A DNA stretch of 63,997 bases, the filler included, from Pirum gemmata (lineage: Eukaryota), in the NCBI GenBank assembly GCA_002812295.1. It is 20 parts of 20 records of this genome, joined end to end, with 100 filler letters (N's around TTAATTAATTAA, not from the genome) between each part and the next. Parts side by side here need not be neighbours in the genome. Positions count along the whole stretch, not along the records: positions 61,020 to 63,997 come from PDIN01003791.1; 19 more parts are not named here. The stretch is one strand, 5' to 3'. The translations under genes were made by a program, and so were the position numbers. The notes under the pieces were generated by a model. The model searched no databases. It saw only the letters and a program-made list of their open reading frames with translations, and was not told the origin of the DNA. Of this stretch, positions 61,707 to 63,997 are shown piece by piece (position 1 is the first letter of the stretch; each line of letters begins with the position of its first letter).

Positions 61707-61747
61707 GTAGCTATGATAGAGTAGCAGTATTTGACTTACTTGCTTTT

Positions 61748-61985
61748 ACCCTAACCCTAACCCTAACCCTAACTAACCCTAACCCTAACCCTAACCCTAA
61801 TTAACACTAACCCTAATTAAAACCCTAACCCTAACCCTAATATAACCAACCCTACCTAACCCTAACCCTAACCCTAATATAACCAACCCTAACCCTACCC
61901 TAACCCTAACCCTAACCCTAACCCTAACCCTAACCCTAACCCTAACCCTAGCCCTAACCCTAGCCCTAACCTTAATTAACCCTAA
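61748..61985 (-). repeat. Interstitial (CCCTAA)n
   Basis: Internal array with small interruptions. Confidence 0.9.
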
Positions 61986-62839
61986 TTAATATAATATTAA
62001 TGTTAATGTTAAAATGCCAACGAAAAATCAAAAGCTAATAAAAATCGTAATTGGCCATGCTAATTATAATTAGTTATAATGTTATAATATTAGTTATAAT
62101 TAGTTAATTAAATTTTAACATTAATTAATAATCAAGAGGGAGACAATTTTTAAAAACAAATTTTTAAAATAATTCTAAAAATCCATTGAAAACAGATCTG
62201 TATCATTTTTTATTATCATATTGTAATTCTACTATGTAATTATTCTATATTATGAGTGGGTTAGGATTTTTTTTTGTTTTTTTATCACAGAAACTGTGCG
62301 AGGGCAGTGAGGTTGTATGATTGTATGAATTTGTATCGATATCGATATAATATCAATAGAAAAAAAAAAAGAAACCCAAAGCCATGCCAATTATAGAATT
62401 ATATTATAATATTAATAGGCCATGCCAAAACTGCTCAAAACCGCAAAACCAAAAAGACAGCAAAACTAACTCATCAGAAACCTACATTTTATATCATATG
62501 TGCTAATAACTGCTATATAATAGTCTGTAATGTATTGTAGACTTTACCAGTAGACTTTACCGACTACTACTAGCTAGCTAGCTAGAGCATATAGTACTAT
62601 GAATCTATGATACTCTGTAGTATCATAAATTGCTCCTTGTGGTTTTTTGTAGTTTGTTTGTTGGTTTTATCTTTTAAAATTTTAAAAAATACAGGGAAAA
62701 CATGTGTTTACCATGTGTTAAATTTGGTTTGTAAAGAGTAGTCGATACTTATTATAATATTATATTATATCCTTTTTTATTGAATAAATGATTTTCGCTC
62801 ATTCCATTACCAATTTCAACTAACTTTTAAGTTGACCTA

Positions 62840-63104
62840 GAACCCTGACCCTAACTCAACCCTATAGCTAATAGCTAATTATAATTTATAACCCTTGCCC
62901 TAACCATAACCCTGGCCTTGACCTAGCGTCTCTAGCCCTGACCCTAATTTAACCTAACCGTAGGCCTGATTTAATTAAAACCTAACTCTAATAGCTAATT
63001 ACCGGGTTTATATAACCCTTAAGCTTACCTTAAACCCTAACCCTATAGCTAACCCTAACCCTAACCCTAACCCTAACTAATGGCTAATTATAACCCTAAC
63101 CCTA
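62840..63104 (-). repeat. Degenerate interstitial (CCCTAA)n
   Basis: Scattered and short perfect units. Confidence 0.75.
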
Positions 63105-63902
63105 CATATTATTAAAAATTATAACTTACTTTAAATTCTCATTTTATTCTTTTAAAATTAATTACTAAATAATATATTATAATATAGTTCACTAGCTCTA
63201 GCTAGCTAAGGTTACCAACTTTAATACCAGTTACCACAGCTGCAATAAATAGACTGTATCATACGTTGTGTATTAAAATACATTGACACATTGAACAGTA
63301 ACAATGTAGACTAGTACTCACTGCGATTTACATGCGTACAGTCTAGCTGGTACAGTCTACTTAGACTCTACTAGCTAGAGTGTGTAGTCTGAGTGCGGCT
63401 GGTCTCCACTCTGGTTTGAGTGACAGTGAGTGTACTCAACTTTCACCAATGAACTACCAATGATTAACGCAATTTCGAAACAGTAAAACCGCAATAAATA
63501 GCGAATGAAAGTAACGAATTAAAAAAATAATAATAAAAGGGAAGAGATGGGAAACGTTTATTATATTACGTAAAATATGAGTATTGTAGCATGGAAACTA
63601 CGACATACTATTGATTAAATTCCAGAATACATTACGAAATTATTATTTATGACGTAAAAAAACCATTAGCTGCCTGATTCCCTCCTAAACCAGATCCACA
63701 AAAAAAAAAAAATCTGGGTAATAAGAAAAACATACTTTATATGGAAGTTACAATGCCATAATATTATTACAGTTATTACAGTGTTATTACTGTCACAGAC
63801 AGTTCAGACTCACAGTCACCTCAAAAAAGAAAAAGAAAAAGGCCAAAATATCATACTTTTATAGTTACAAATTTTATCTAGAATGATACTTTAGAAAAAA
63901 GA

Positions 63903-63995
63903 GGGTTAGGATTAGGATTAGGGTTAGGGTTAGGGTTAGGGTTAGGGTTAGGGTTAAGGTTAGGGTTAAGGTTAGGGTTAGGGTAAGGGTTAGGA
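63903..63995 (+). repeat. (TTAGGG)n at window end
   Basis: Mostly perfect units. Confidence 0.9.
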
Positions 63996-63997
63996 GT

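Overview
This window is not one locus. It is about 20 unrelated contigs of roughly 3 kb from a very AT-rich eukaryote, joined by artificial 100-nt spacers (N44-TTAATTAATTAA-N44), so gene neighbourhood across spacers means nothing. The organism uses the standard genetic code, GT-AG introns, TTAGGG telomere-type repeats and poly-Asn proteins; it is probably a protist, but I cannot name the lineage. Host genes: a secreted choice-of-anchor-B/LVIVD protein, an RI-like LRR protein, a secreted FAD oxidoreductase, a GPFGREE-repeat protein with decayed copies, two large low-complexity proteins and several isolated exons. Mobile DNA dominates: at least nine MITE families (Harbinger-, piggyBac-, hAT-, Ginger- and Tc1-like ends), decayed L1-type 3' ends and two piggyBac-type transposase remnants. 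The three most notable signals are (1) a piggyBac-type transposase with a YqaJ/lambda-exonuclease domain just ahead of its last catalytic motif, (2) a pervasive signature of short fold-back (palindromic) insertions seen by comparing repeat copies, and (3) abundant TTAGGG tracts inserted at internal sites, one with a paired empty site. All domain calls come from recognising motifs by eye, not from database searches.
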